DNA from: an uncultured SAR116 cluster alpha proteobacterium
GTDB taxonomy: Bacteria > Pseudomonadota > Alphaproteobacteria > Puniceispirillales > Marisalimonadaceae
Assembly (NCBI GenBank): GCA_902529515.1
Contig: CABZWX010000004.1
Span: 8,102 to 72,101 of the forward strand
Length of the DNA: 64,000 nucleotides
Reading direction: 5' to 3'
In this document: piece by piece, positions 9,778 through 18,703 of the stretch
How the letters are laid out: each line of letters begins with the position of its first letter
How positions within the stretch are numbered: the stretch's first letter is position 1
The notes under the pieces: model-generated
Database searches by the model: none
The model's input: the letters and a program-made list of their open reading frames with translations, nothing else
What the model was told of the DNA's origin: nothing
Program-made: the position numbers and the translations under genes

Positions 9778-11568
9778 ATGGCACGACGCAAAACCATAAG
9801 ATTTGGTGATTACATCCAAGCAATGTCAATCGACAGTCAAAAAATTCCATACCAAGAATTAATGCCAGAACCATTGTTTGATCGTCATGGTAATGAACAT
9901 CCACAGCCTGTTCCAAAAATGAAATTGGGCGGTGGTGATATATTTAAAATTCTGCAACCATATTTGTCTACACGATTTATTGATCAGGCACGTGCAGTTG
10001 TTCCACTGGCAATTTATTTGGCACTTTTCCAATATTTAGTTCTTCAAACACCTGTTATGGACGCAAGTATAATTGCAGGCGGATTATTTGCTGTTATGAT
10101 TGGCTTGATGATGTTTATGGAGGGCCTGAAGCTTGGGCTTATGCCTTTCGGTGAGATAATTGGTAACACTTTACCTCGTAAATTACCATTGGCTGGCGTA
10201 CTATTTATCGCATTCCTGTTAGGGATAGGTGTAACATTTGCTGAGCCAGCAATTGGCGCATTACAGGTAGCTGGATCAATTGTAAATCCAGAACAAGCAC
10301 CTTATTTATTTTCACTACTAAATGATCGTTCTGGTGCGACTGTTTTACTAGTTGGACTTGGCGTCGGTTTAGCAGCAGTTTTGGGGACAGTAAGGTTCTT
10401 ACGTGGCTGGAGTTTAAAGCCGATGATTTTTATGAGCGTTACCCCTACTTTAATTTTGAGTATTATTGCTTTCATGGACCCTGAACTAACTAAAATTGTT
10501 GGTTTAGCTTGGGATTGTGGGGCAGTTACAACTGGTCCAGTAACAGTGCCATTAGTCCTTGCACTTGGTATTGGTGTCGCTGCTGCAGCCGGTAAAGGTG
10601 CAGATTCTTCTTTATCCGGGTTTGGTATTGTGACATTGGCATCAGTGTTCCCAATCCTGGGCGTGTTGATACTAAGCTTTTATACTGCTTATACTGTTCC
10701 TGCTGAACTGATTATCGAAAAGGCAGCTGAAATAAAATTAGCCGCTCAGACTGCAACCTCTCAGCCACAATGGTATGAAGTTACCCCTTGGACAGAAGTA
10801 ATTTTAGGTGTACGAGCCATTGTACCATTGGTGATTTTCTTAGCAGTGGTACTATTAGTAATTTTGCGAGAAAAGTTGAAAAATGCCTTCATCACCTACT
10901 ATGGAATTATACTAGCAGTCGTTGGAATGTGTATTTTTAATATCGGATTAACCTACGGTTTAGCGAAACTCGGAGATCAATCAGGCGGATTGATTGCAGG
11001 TGCTTTTACATCAATTGATGCAATTACAGCAAGTCCGCTTTATAGCATGACTGTAGGTGTCGGGATTGCGGGTTTGTTTGCTTGGGTTCTTGGTCTTTCA
11101 GCCACTCTTGCAGAGCCTGCTCTGAATGCCCTTGGGATGACAGTGCAGAATTTAACAAACGGTGCATTTAAAAAATCCATGTTAATGATAGCTGTCGCAT
11201 TTGGTGTAGGTACTGGAATTATGCTAGGTGTTTTAAAGCTTATATATGGATTTCATATTATGTATATTTTAATACCTGGCTACACCCTTGGATTGATATT
11301 AACTCTTTTATCGACTGAAGAATTTGTCAATGTTGGTTGGGACTCTGCAGGTGTGACTACTGGGCCTGTAACTGTTCCATTAGTGCTTGCGATGGGTCTA
11401 GGATTTGGAAATGCTCTTGGCTCAACAGATGGATTTGGAATTTTGGCTGCAGCATCAATTTGCCCTATTGTCGCAGTTTTGACACTTGGCATTTATGTAC
11501 AATTTAAAGTGAAACGTGAGGAGCGACGCGTTGCTCGTGAGCTTGCTCTTGAAGGAGAAACAAAATGA
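9778..11568 (+). CDS. DUF1538-family multi-pass membrane protein, two repeats fused (putative transporter)
   Basis: Duplicated signatures AEPA, WDCGAVTTGPVTVPLVLALG / WDSAGVTTGPVTVPLVLAMG, GFGI; many hydrophobic segments; AAGGA RBS. Confidence 0.85.
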   Translation: MARRKTIRFGDYIQAMSIDSQKIPYQELMPEPLFDRHGNEHPQPVPKMKLGGGDIFKILQPYLSTRFIDQARAVVPLAIYLALFQYLVLQTPVMDASIIAGGLFAVMIGLMMFMEGLKLGLMPFGEIIGNTLPRKLPLAGVLFIAFLLGIGVTFAEPAIGALQVAGSIVNPEQAPYLFSLLNDRSGATVLLVGLGVGLAAVLGTVRFLRGWSLKPMIFMSVTPTLILSIIAFMDPELTKIVGLAWDCGAVTTGPVTVPLVLALGIGVAAAAGKGADSSLSGFGIVTLASVFPILGVLILSFYTAYTVPAELIIEKAAEIKLAAQTATSQPQWYEVTPWTEVILGVRAIVPLVIFLAVVLLVILREKLKNAFITYYGIILAVVGMCIFNIGLTYGLAKLGDQSGGLIAGAFTSIDAITASPLYSMTVGVGIAGLFAWVLGLSATLAEPALNALGMTVQNLTNGAFKKSMLMIAVAFGVGTGIMLGVLKLIYGFHIMYILIPGYTLGLILTLLSTEEFVNVGWDSAGVTTGPVTVPLVLAMGLGFGNALGSTDGFGILAAASICPIVAVLTLGIYVQFKVKREERRVARELALEGETK

Positions 11569-11924
11569 AACGTTCATTTACCACATTAACTGAAGCAACA
11601 CTAATTACTGCAGTTGTTCAACACGGTTATGGTGAAATTATTACTGACGCTTTACTAGAGGTAGGAATTCAAGGATCAACCGTGCATGGCGCAATGGGTG
11701 TGGGAATTCGGGAAAGATTAGGAGCTTTGGGTGTTGCTGTAGATGCCGAAAGAGATGTCGTCAATGTTATGGTTTCAAGTGACGAAGTAGATAGAGTTTT
11801 TGAACGAATGTTTTTAGCTGGAAAGTTGGATACGCCTGGTATGGGTTTCATGTACGCCACTCCTCTAATGCAGGCTGCCACCTACGTTCCACCTTCCATT
11901 TTATCTAAATATGTTGGTTCGTAA
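11565..11924 (+). CDS. P-II-like signal transduction protein
   Basis: LITAVV...GSTVHGAMGVG...VNVMVSSDEVDRV...DTPGMGFMYATP follows the P-II layout; ATGA overlap, GAAGGAG RBS. Confidence 0.8.
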   Translation: MKRSFTTLTEATLITAVVQHGYGEIITDALLEVGIQGSTVHGAMGVGIRERLGALGVAVDAERDVVNVMVSSDEVDRVFERMFLAGKLDTPGMGFMYATPLMQAATYVPPSILSKYVGS

Positions 11925-11925
11925 T

Positions 11926-12312
11926 ATGGTTTTTCCTGAAATAAAAACAGATCCTAGGGTAAACTATCTCGATTACACTTGGTTAATTTCAGGTATATTG
12001 TATGAAGGTGGTACTGACAAGTTAACCCCTGAGCTAATGAAACGCAATATAAATGAAGTTTACTTTTACAACGTGGCTGGCACAATGATCGGGCAGAAAA
12101 CTGTTTCAGGTGTTTCAGGTTCTTTTGATGTAGAACAATTTCATGTTGTAGTAACAGCTGACCAAGCTGAGAATATATTCGATTTTATTTATCGCTTCTG
12201 CGACTTATCAGAGCCAAATAAAGGGATAATCTATATGAATAAACTAATGAAATCCACTAAACATGAACTCCAGGATAATGATCACACAGAGTTAGAGGAA
12301 ATTACAGAATAA
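11926..12312 (+). CDS. Second, divergent P-II-like protein (ORF track start 11911; 11926 follows the upstream stop)
   Basis: VVVTADQAENIFDFIY..DLSEPNKGIIYM aligns by eye with VMVSSDEVDRVFERMF..KLDTPGMGFMY of the preceding gene. Confidence 0.65.
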   Translation: MVFPEIKTDPRVNYLDYTWLISGILYEGGTDKLTPELMKRNINEVYFYNVAGTMIGQKTVSGVSGSFDVEQFHVVVTADQAENIFDFIYRFCDLSEPNKGIIYMNKLMKSTKHELQDNDHTELEEITE

Positions 12313-12323
12313 TAGGTGAAACC

Positions 12324-13076
12324 ATGGCAAAAAAAACTGATTTAATATCTGAAAATAAAACGAATATTCGTAAGAACAGACGTAGGATTTTTGAGCTGGA
12401 TGCAGAAGTGTCTACGACATACGCTGAACTCATGCTTTTACTGGCTGATATTGAGGAAAATCGTTCGTTACTACAAAGAAATTTTACTTCTGCTTTTATG
12501 GGCAACCGATCAATAGCAATTGACAATGTCAATGATCTGTATGGCTGTCGAATGGCAATGCTTGAAGCACTAGAACCCTCATCTGATGTTCAAAATAATT
12601 TCAAGGTTAGAATGTCAAATCAAGTTAGGATTGAACAACTTGAAAACCGTACTGACCTCAATGATACTCTACGTGACATTGCTACAAAAATGATTGAAGT
12701 AAATCAGATGTTGCAGTCAGTTAATGGTTTGATTACTGAAGCAAATGAATCAGTGGTTGAACAAGGTGATACCATGATTTCTGAAAATGCTGACTGGGCT
12801 GATGGATCTATTGCTAAGCAAATGAGAAAGGCAACTTCAAATGCAAATGCACAATTTGTAAAATCTAATACCGAGCGATTAGACAAACTGCTAGATAGAG
12901 CAAATATAGCAGAGAAAGACGCTAATGATTTGGTAAATCGTGTCGAGAACGACACAAAGGGCATCTTAGAACTTGGTGATGACATTGCTAAACGACGTGA
13001 ACGCATACAAGCAGATCGCGAACGTGTTGTAGCAAACCAGAGACGTACTGCAGATCTACTAATTAAATTGAAATAA
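12324..13076 (+). CDS. Uncharacterised soluble coiled-coil protein with Asn-containing heptads
   Basis: ISENKTNIRKNRRRI, IEENRSLLQRN, IEVNQMLQSVNGLITEAN; no TM or signal peptide; AGGTG RBS. Confidence 0.75.
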   Translation: MAKKTDLISENKTNIRKNRRRIFELDAEVSTTYAELMLLLADIEENRSLLQRNFTSAFMGNRSIAIDNVNDLYGCRMAMLEALEPSSDVQNNFKVRMSNQVRIEQLENRTDLNDTLRDIATKMIEVNQMLQSVNGLITEANESVVEQGDTMISENADWADGSIAKQMRKATSNANAQFVKSNTERLDKLLDRANIAEKDANDLVNRVENDTKGILELGDDIAKRRERIQADRERVVANQRRTADLLIKLK

Positions 13077-13110
13077 AATATTTTAAGATCACATCAAAGA
13101 AGTTTTTATT

Positions 13111-13977
13111 ATGATTGTAAAAAAATTACATGAGAATATAGGAGTTTCAATTGAAGGCATTGATCTTTCAAATTTAGATAACGATACTTTTCAAAAAATA
13201 AAAAAATTATGGCTTGAATATTTGGTTATTGTATTTCCCAATCAAAATATTTCTGATGAAGTTCATATTGAATTTGGGAAAAGATTTGGTGAACTAGAAG
13301 TTCATCCTTCCTTATCTCATAGATCATCAAGAAATCCTGAAATTTATAGAGTTTCAAATGTTGATGAAAATGGTAAAATTATTGCAAACAAAGAAACCTC
13401 TTGGCAATATTTGAAACAATCCTGGCTTTGGCATACTGATAGTTCATTTAGAAAAATACCAAGTAATGGATCTATTCTTCATGGTATTTCTACCACAAAT
13501 AAAGGAGGAAACACTCTATTTGCAAATATGTATAATGCTTATGATGACCTAGAAGAGTCGATGAAACAGAAAATAAAAAGCTTAAATGTGTTACACGATC
13601 ACGACTTTATAATAAGTTTGTCTGACGAACTTAGCAAAAGAAAAAACAAAGGCAATTATGATAAACTTGATCCTGTTATTCATCCTTTGGTAAGGAAACA
13701 TCCTTCAACTAAGAAATCTAGTCTCTTTTTGTCGCCACATACGATGGTAAAAATTGTTGATTATGATGATAGTGCAGGAAGAGAATTGCTTGATTTCTTA
13801 ATAGAACATTCAATTCAATCTAAATATGTTTACAAACATATTTGGAATAATGATGACATTGTGATGTGGGATAATAGATGTACAATGCATTCAGTTGAAC
13901 CTTTTGATAACAATACTATCAAAAGGATTATGCATAGAGTTACCTTAGTTGGTGACCAAGAACCTATGATGGCCTAA
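13111..13977 (+). CDS. TauD/TfdA-family Fe(II)/2-oxoglutarate dioxygenase
   Basis: WHTDSS (HxD), GGNTLF, HPLVRKHP, WDNRCTMH, MHRVT. Confidence 0.9.
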   Translation: MIVKKLHENIGVSIEGIDLSNLDNDTFQKIKKLWLEYLVIVFPNQNISDEVHIEFGKRFGELEVHPSLSHRSSRNPEIYRVSNVDENGKIIANKETSWQYLKQSWLWHTDSSFRKIPSNGSILHGISTTNKGGNTLFANMYNAYDDLEESMKQKIKSLNVLHDHDFIISLSDELSKRKNKGNYDKLDPVIHPLVRKHPSTKKSSLFLSPHTMVKIVDYDDSAGRELLDFLIEHSIQSKYVYKHIWNNDDIVMWDNRCTMHSVEPFDNNTIKRIMHRVTLVGDQEPMMA

Positions 13978-14001
13978 AAATCGAAGATAAATAATAAGAT
14001 T

Positions 14002-14078
<77 letters not shown>

Positions 14079-14139
14079 AACAATTCGATTTATACTTTAG
14101 AAATCTTCAAAATCAAGCTTTACTTTAAAGAAATTCAAT

Positions 14140-14607
14140 TTATTTCAATAATTGTTTAAATGGACAGTTAAATTTATCTCCTTTTTGGAGTGGATACTCT
14201 CCAGATTTTAATTCTACCACGAATTTTACTTCATTTTGACTTTTAATGTTAGTTTCATCAAATGCTTTAGCATCCTTATAAATCTCAATTATTTCACCTT
14301 GGTTGTTCAAAAAGAACAAATCTAAATTAAAATGTGTATTTTTCATCCAGAAATTCCGAATTTGTCTATTTTTCCAAATAAACAACATTCCTGTATTAGG
14401 TTTCATGTCTTTTCTATTCATTAATCCATAAGATCTTTTTTGTTCATTGTCAGCAAGTTCTAATGATAACTCTTTAGCATTTTTATTACCAACATTAACA
14501 CTACAAACAATTTGTTTGAATATTGGACTATTAATTTCAGAAAATAAAGAACTTGGAAAAGCTATTAGGAAAAATCCAAACATAGTAATTATGATTTGGT
14601 TTAGCAT
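14140..14607 (-). CDS. DUF192-family exported protein
   Basis: Signal-like N-terminus; ELAD..RSYGLM.R, GMLF, FWMKNT, VVEL. Confidence 0.85.
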   Translation of the reverse strand: MLNQIIITMFGFFLIAFPSSLFSEINSPIFKQIVCSVNVGNKNAKELSLELADNEQKRSYGLMNRKDMKPNTGMLFIWKNRQIRNFWMKNTHFNLDLFFLNNQGEIIEIYKDAKAFDETNIKSQNEVKFVVELKSGEYPLQKGDKFNCPFKQLLK

Positions 14608-15728
14608 ATTTTTTTAATTTTTAACATTTTATCTACAAAAAATAAAATTTCATCACCTACTGCAGCATTTTTATATTCATCTCTCCAAGCACTAATCCAT
14701 TTATCAGGAATCCCTTTCTTAACTCGTCTATTATGCCAAGTAAGAGATTTAAGAAAATCATAACACTGTGGCTTCATCTCTTGGTCTAAACACTTCTCTT
14801 TATCGTTTATTAAAACCCAGTTACCTGCCCAAGCCTTTGCTGTTAAATATGGATTATAACCACCACCACCCAAAATTATAACATTTTCATTGAGAGACTG
14901 AACATCTCTTACTGCCTTCCAATATGCATTATTAGTCAGACTAATTCTTGATTGAGGATCACCATCAAGCATATCAGCCCCAGCTTGAATTATTAAAAGA
15001 TCAGCTTTCTTTATTTTTAAAAAAGGAACAATAACGTTGGTTACTATATAGTCCATTTCATTATCATTAAAATCCTCATTAACAGGGAAATTCATTACAT
15101 TGAAAAGTTTATTATCCTCAAATTTACCAGTTTTAGGCCATCTATTTTTTTCATGTATTGATATAATTGACACATTCTCATTTTCAGAAAAAACATCTTG
15201 TACTCCGTCACAATGATGAGCATCAAAATCTACATAAACGATATTTTTTAAATTAAATTCTAAGGCTCTTAGAATTGCTAAAACACAGTCATTTAGAAAA
15301 CAAAATCCGAAGGCTTGTGACTTTCTTCCATGATGAGTTCCACCAGATATATTTAATATTTTTTTTGCCTTTTTATTCACTATCATTTCAACAGCTTTTA
15401 TGGAGGCTTTAGCAGCAGTTGCAGGTCTTGAGAAAACTTCTCTAAATATTGGATTATTTCCAATACCAATATTAAATTTCTTCTTAAGATTATCTGGTAG
15501 GTTTTGGTCTTCTTCAGCCTTTTTTAATGCTTTTACATAATCTAAATCATGAAATTTAATTAACTCACTGATATCCGCAGGTGAATTTTTTATAATTTGA
15601 TCTTCTTTTACCCATCCCATAAGCCTTATAAGCTCTACACTTGGCCATACTCTATCCATATCGAGAGGATGACCTTTTTCATATCTAGAGCCTCTAAAAA
15701 TATCACTTGTAAATAAAAAATTCTGCAT
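14601..15728 (-). CDS. acuC: Zn-dependent deacetylase, histone deacetylase/AcuC family
   Basis: GGTHHG, GFCFLND, DFDAHHCDG, SIHE, GADMLDGDP, GGGGY. Confidence 0.85.
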   Translation of the reverse strand: MQNFLFTSDIFRGSRYEKGHPLDMDRVWPSVELIRLMGWVKEDQIIKNSPADISELIKFHDLDYVKALKKAEEDQNLPDNLKKKFNIGIGNNPIFREVFSRPATAAKASIKAVEMIVNKKAKKILNISGGTHHGRKSQAFGFCFLNDCVLAILRALEFNLKNIVYVDFDAHHCDGVQDVFSENENVSIISIHEKNRWPKTGKFEDNKLFNVMNFPVNEDFNDNEMDYIVTNVIVPFLKIKKADLLIIQAGADMLDGDPQSRISLTNNAYWKAVRDVQSLNENVIILGGGGYNPYLTAKAWAGNWVLINDKEKCLDQEMKPQCYDFLKSLTWHNRRVKKGIPDKWISAWRDEYKNAAVGDEILFFVDKMLKIKKIC

Positions 15729-15783
15729 TCTTTTATATTTAATATATATATGATTGATATAAAAATTACTTACTAAGGTTACA

Positions 15784-16509
15784 ATGATAAGAGGAATATT
15801 AATTGCAACAACTATTTTTGTGATATGGGAAATAAGCTGTTTATTTTTTCAGCTACCTGTTTTTATGCTCCCTCCTCCATCAAAAATATTTGTATCAATT
15901 TACGTTAACTGGGATGAACTCATTTTTCATACATCCTACACACTTATTGAAATTTTGGCGTCTATAGCAATTGGCTCTATAATTGGAATATCAACAGCTT
16001 TGATAATTTCTTCTTCCGTTACATTAAAAAGATGGATAATGCCAATATTACTTGCCAGCCAAGCAATTCCAGTTTTTGCTCTAGCTCCATTGTTAATTTT
16101 GTGGCTTGGATACGGAATGATTAGTAAAATAGTAATAGGTGTTTTGATAGTTTTTTTTCCAATCACATCTAATTTCACAGATGCCTTAAATAGAGTTCCT
16201 CAAGAACTAATTGACGCTGGGAAAACATTAAACCTCTCCAAAATTCAATTGTTTTGGAAGATCAAAATTCCCTCTTCTTTACCTGGATTATGTTCTGGGC
16301 TTAGAGTTGCTGCTTGTTTTGCTCCAATTGGAGCAGTTGTTGGAGAATGGATTGGGGGAAGCACTGGACTTGGGTCTTTTATGATATACAGTAATGCAAG
16401 ATTACAAACTGATAACATGTTTGCCGCTCTATTAATTCTTATTTTTATGACTATTACTATCTATAAAATTACAGATTACGTTCTAAGTAGATACGTATGG
16501 TGGAAATAA
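15784..16509 (+). CDS. thiX: ABC permease, NitT/TauT type (ThiX-like)
   Basis: LPPPSKI, SQAIPVFALAPLL, GAVVGEW; adjacent to TPP riboswitch and ThiY-like gene. Confidence 0.75.
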   Translation: MIRGILIATTIFVIWEISCLFFQLPVFMLPPPSKIFVSIYVNWDELIFHTSYTLIEILASIAIGSIIGISTALIISSSVTLKRWIMPILLASQAIPVFALAPLLILWLGYGMISKIVIGVLIVFFPITSNFTDALNRVPQELIDAGKTLNLSKIQLFWKIKIPSSLPGLCSGLRVAACFAPIGAVVGEWIGGSTGLGSFMIYSNARLQTDNMFAALLILIFMTITIYKITDYVLSRYVWWK

Positions 16510-16550
16510 ATTATCATTGATTATTCCTATATTATTTGTAATAAACATAA

Positions 16551-16634
16551 TTGCCAGGGGTGCGTGACATTAATCTTGCTGAGAAATTAACCCTTATAAC
16601 CTGATCTGGTTAAAACCAGCGGAGGGAGACGCAA
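16551..16634 (+). ncRNA. TPP (THI-box) riboswitch
   Basis: GGGGTGC...GCTGAGA...ACCC...AACCTGATCTGGTTAAAACCAGCGGAGGGA consensus; closing TTGC/GCAA. Confidence 0.93.
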
Positions 16635-17573
16635 ATTAAAATAATTTTAAACATACTTTTAAGTATCTTGCTATTAACTTTCACTAGTAATGTTAATGCT
16701 TCATCCGAAAAATTAACCATAGGACTTGATTGGTTTATAAACCCTGATCATGCTCCCATAATAATAGCTAAAAAAAGAAATTTTTTTAAAGACCTTAACC
16801 TTGAAGTTGAGATGATCGAGCCAGCTGATCCAAATGATCCTCCAAAATTAGTAGCAGCTGGTAAATTAGACTTAGCAATTTCATATCAACCACAACTACA
16901 TATTCAAGTTGATCAAGGATTGCCAGTTGTAAGAGTAGGAACATTAGTAAGTGTTCCTTTAAATTCCCTAGTTGTCTTAAAAAATGGGCCCATTAGAACA
17001 ATTTCAGATCTTAAAGGAAAAAAGGTTGGATTTTCTGTTGGTGGATTTGAAGAGGCTCTACTATCTGGAATGCTTCAAAAATATAACCTAAATATGTCTG
17101 ATGTAAATTTAGTGAATATTAACTTTTCATTATCACCCTCATTAATTGCAAAGAAAGTTGACGCAGTAATTGGAGCTTTTAGGAATTTTGAGCTCAATCA
17201 AATGGACATTGTTAATCACCCAGGTAGAGCTTTCTATCCTGAAGAGCACGGCGTACCTACTTATGAAGAACTAATATACATTGCAAATAAAAAAAATAAA
17301 AACAACCCACTTTTCGATAAGTTTTTTAGTGCAATCCAGAAAGCTACTTTAACAATTATAAATGACCCAGTTTCTACATGGAAAGACTTTTCTTCTTTTA
17401 GAAAAGGTTTAAATGATGAATTAAATAAAAGAGCTTACAAAGATACTATATCTAGGTTTGCTCTAAGACCACAAGCACATGATTTAAAAACTTATTCAAA
17501 TTTTAGTAATTTCCTTAAAAGAAAAGGAATTATAAAAAAGATCACAAAAGTAGAAACTTTTGCAAAACCATAA
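16635..17573 (+). CDS. thiY: ThiY/NMT1-family substrate-binding protein (thiamine precursor uptake); start may be ATT 16635 rather than TTG 16668
   Basis: LDWFINPDH, EPADP, SYQPQL, GAFRNFE, PEEHGVP; directly behind the TPP riboswitch. Confidence 0.85.
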   Translation: MKIILNILLSILLLTFTSNVNASSEKLTIGLDWFINPDHAPIIIAKKRNFFKDLNLEVEMIEPADPNDPPKLVAAGKLDLAISYQPQLHIQVDQGLPVVRVGTLVSVPLNSLVVLKNGPIRTISDLKGKKVGFSVGGFEEALLSGMLQKYNLNMSDVNLVNINFSLSPSLIAKKVDAVIGAFRNFELNQMDIVNHPGRAFYPEEHGVPTYEELIYIANKKNKNNPLFDKFFSAIQKATLTIINDPVSTWKDFSSFRKGLNDELNKRAYKDTISRFALRPQAHDLKTYSNFSNFLKRKGIIKKITKVETFAKP

Positions 17574-17649
17574 AGCTATCAAAACTGTTATTGAAATAAA
17601 ACCTAACATTAGTTAAAAATTAATAATAATTTAGTGAAGGTTTAAATTA

Positions 17650-18117
17650 ATGAAATCATTAATCCTTTTTTTCATACTACTTACTTTATGGTTATTGATG
17701 TCAGGACACTATAGTATACTCATAATAAGTCTAGGTATATTTTCATGTGCATTTTGTGTTTTTGTTGCTAAACGTGGCAAGCTCATTGATGATGAAGGTC
17801 TGCCAATATTTTTCATACCAAGACTTTTGAATTATATTATATGGTTATTTAAGGAAATATTGAAATCAAATTTAAGCACTGCAAAAGTAATTATAAACGG
17901 GAAAGTTGAGCCTGAAACCTTTACCGTCAAAGCTTCTCAGGTCACCGATGTTGCAAAAGTTACATATGCCAACTCGATAACACTTACACCAGGAACAGTT
18001 ACAACAAAAATGCAGAAGGATGTTTTTGAGGTACATGCATTAAATTCTGATTTTGGAAATGATGTTCGAACAAATGAAATGGACAACAAAGTAACTTGGT
18101 TAGAGGGTAAGAATTAA
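17650..18117 (+). CDS. mrpE: Mrp/Mnh Na+/H+ antiporter subunit E
   Basis: ANSITLTPGT, VHAL. Confidence 0.9.
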   Translation: MKSLILFFILLTLWLLMSGHYSILIISLGIFSCAFCVFVAKRGKLIDDEGLPIFFIPRLLNYIIWLFKEILKSNLSTAKVIINGKVEPETFTVKASQVTDVAKVTYANSITLTPGTVTTKMQKDVFEVHALNSDFGNDVRTNEMDNKVTWLEGKN

Positions 18118-18380
18118 TGTTTTTAGCTGGTTTAATTGCCTGCGCAATTACAGGTATTCTCATTTTAGTGAGAATTATTTTAGGCAAAACTACATTTGAT
18201 AGAATTTTAGCAGTTAATAGTCTTGGCACTGTTATAGTTATCGGGATTTCTCTTCATGGTTTTTATTCAAGTAGACCAGAATTTTTAGACATTGCAATTG
18301 TTTATGCATTGATTAATTTTATTGGAACAGTTGCTGTTTTAAAACTTTTTAGCACTGGCTCCTTGGGAGGAGATAAGTAA
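18117..18380 (+). CDS. mrpF: Mrp antiporter subunit F
   Basis: TFDRILAVN, LDIAIVYALINFIG. Confidence 0.88.
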   Translation: MFLAGLIACAITGILILVRIILGKTTFDRILAVNSLGTVIVIGISLHGFYSSRPEFLDIAIVYALINFIGTVAVLKLFSTGSLGGDK

Positions 18381-18382
18381 AA

Positions 18383-18703
18383 GTGGAATTGATATTAGAT
18401 ATTTTCTCAGGCATTTGTTTTTTTATTGGTTCTCTGTCTATTATAATTGGCGCTTGTGGACTTATTAAGCTACCAGATGTATTTTCAAGAATTCATGCCG
18501 CTGGTATGATTGATACTGGCGGTACTGCGTTTTTTATTTTAGGGATGATTTTTCAAACTGGTTGGTCATTAATAACCGTTAAGTTGATATTAATTGGTGT
18601 GTTCATTTTTTTTACTAGTCCTGTAACAAGTCATGTAACAGCAAATTTAGCAAGGCAAAAAAATATACTTCCAGTAGGGAAAAAGATTGGGAAAATTTTA
18701 TGA
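18383..18703 (+). CDS. mrpG: Mrp antiporter subunit G
   Basis: LPDVFSRIHAAG, TSPVTSH. Confidence 0.9.
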   Translation: MELILDIFSGICFFIGSLSIIIGACGLIKLPDVFSRIHAAGMIDTGGTAFFILGMIFQTGWSLITVKLILIGVFIFFTSPVTSHVTANLARQKNILPVGKKIGKIL

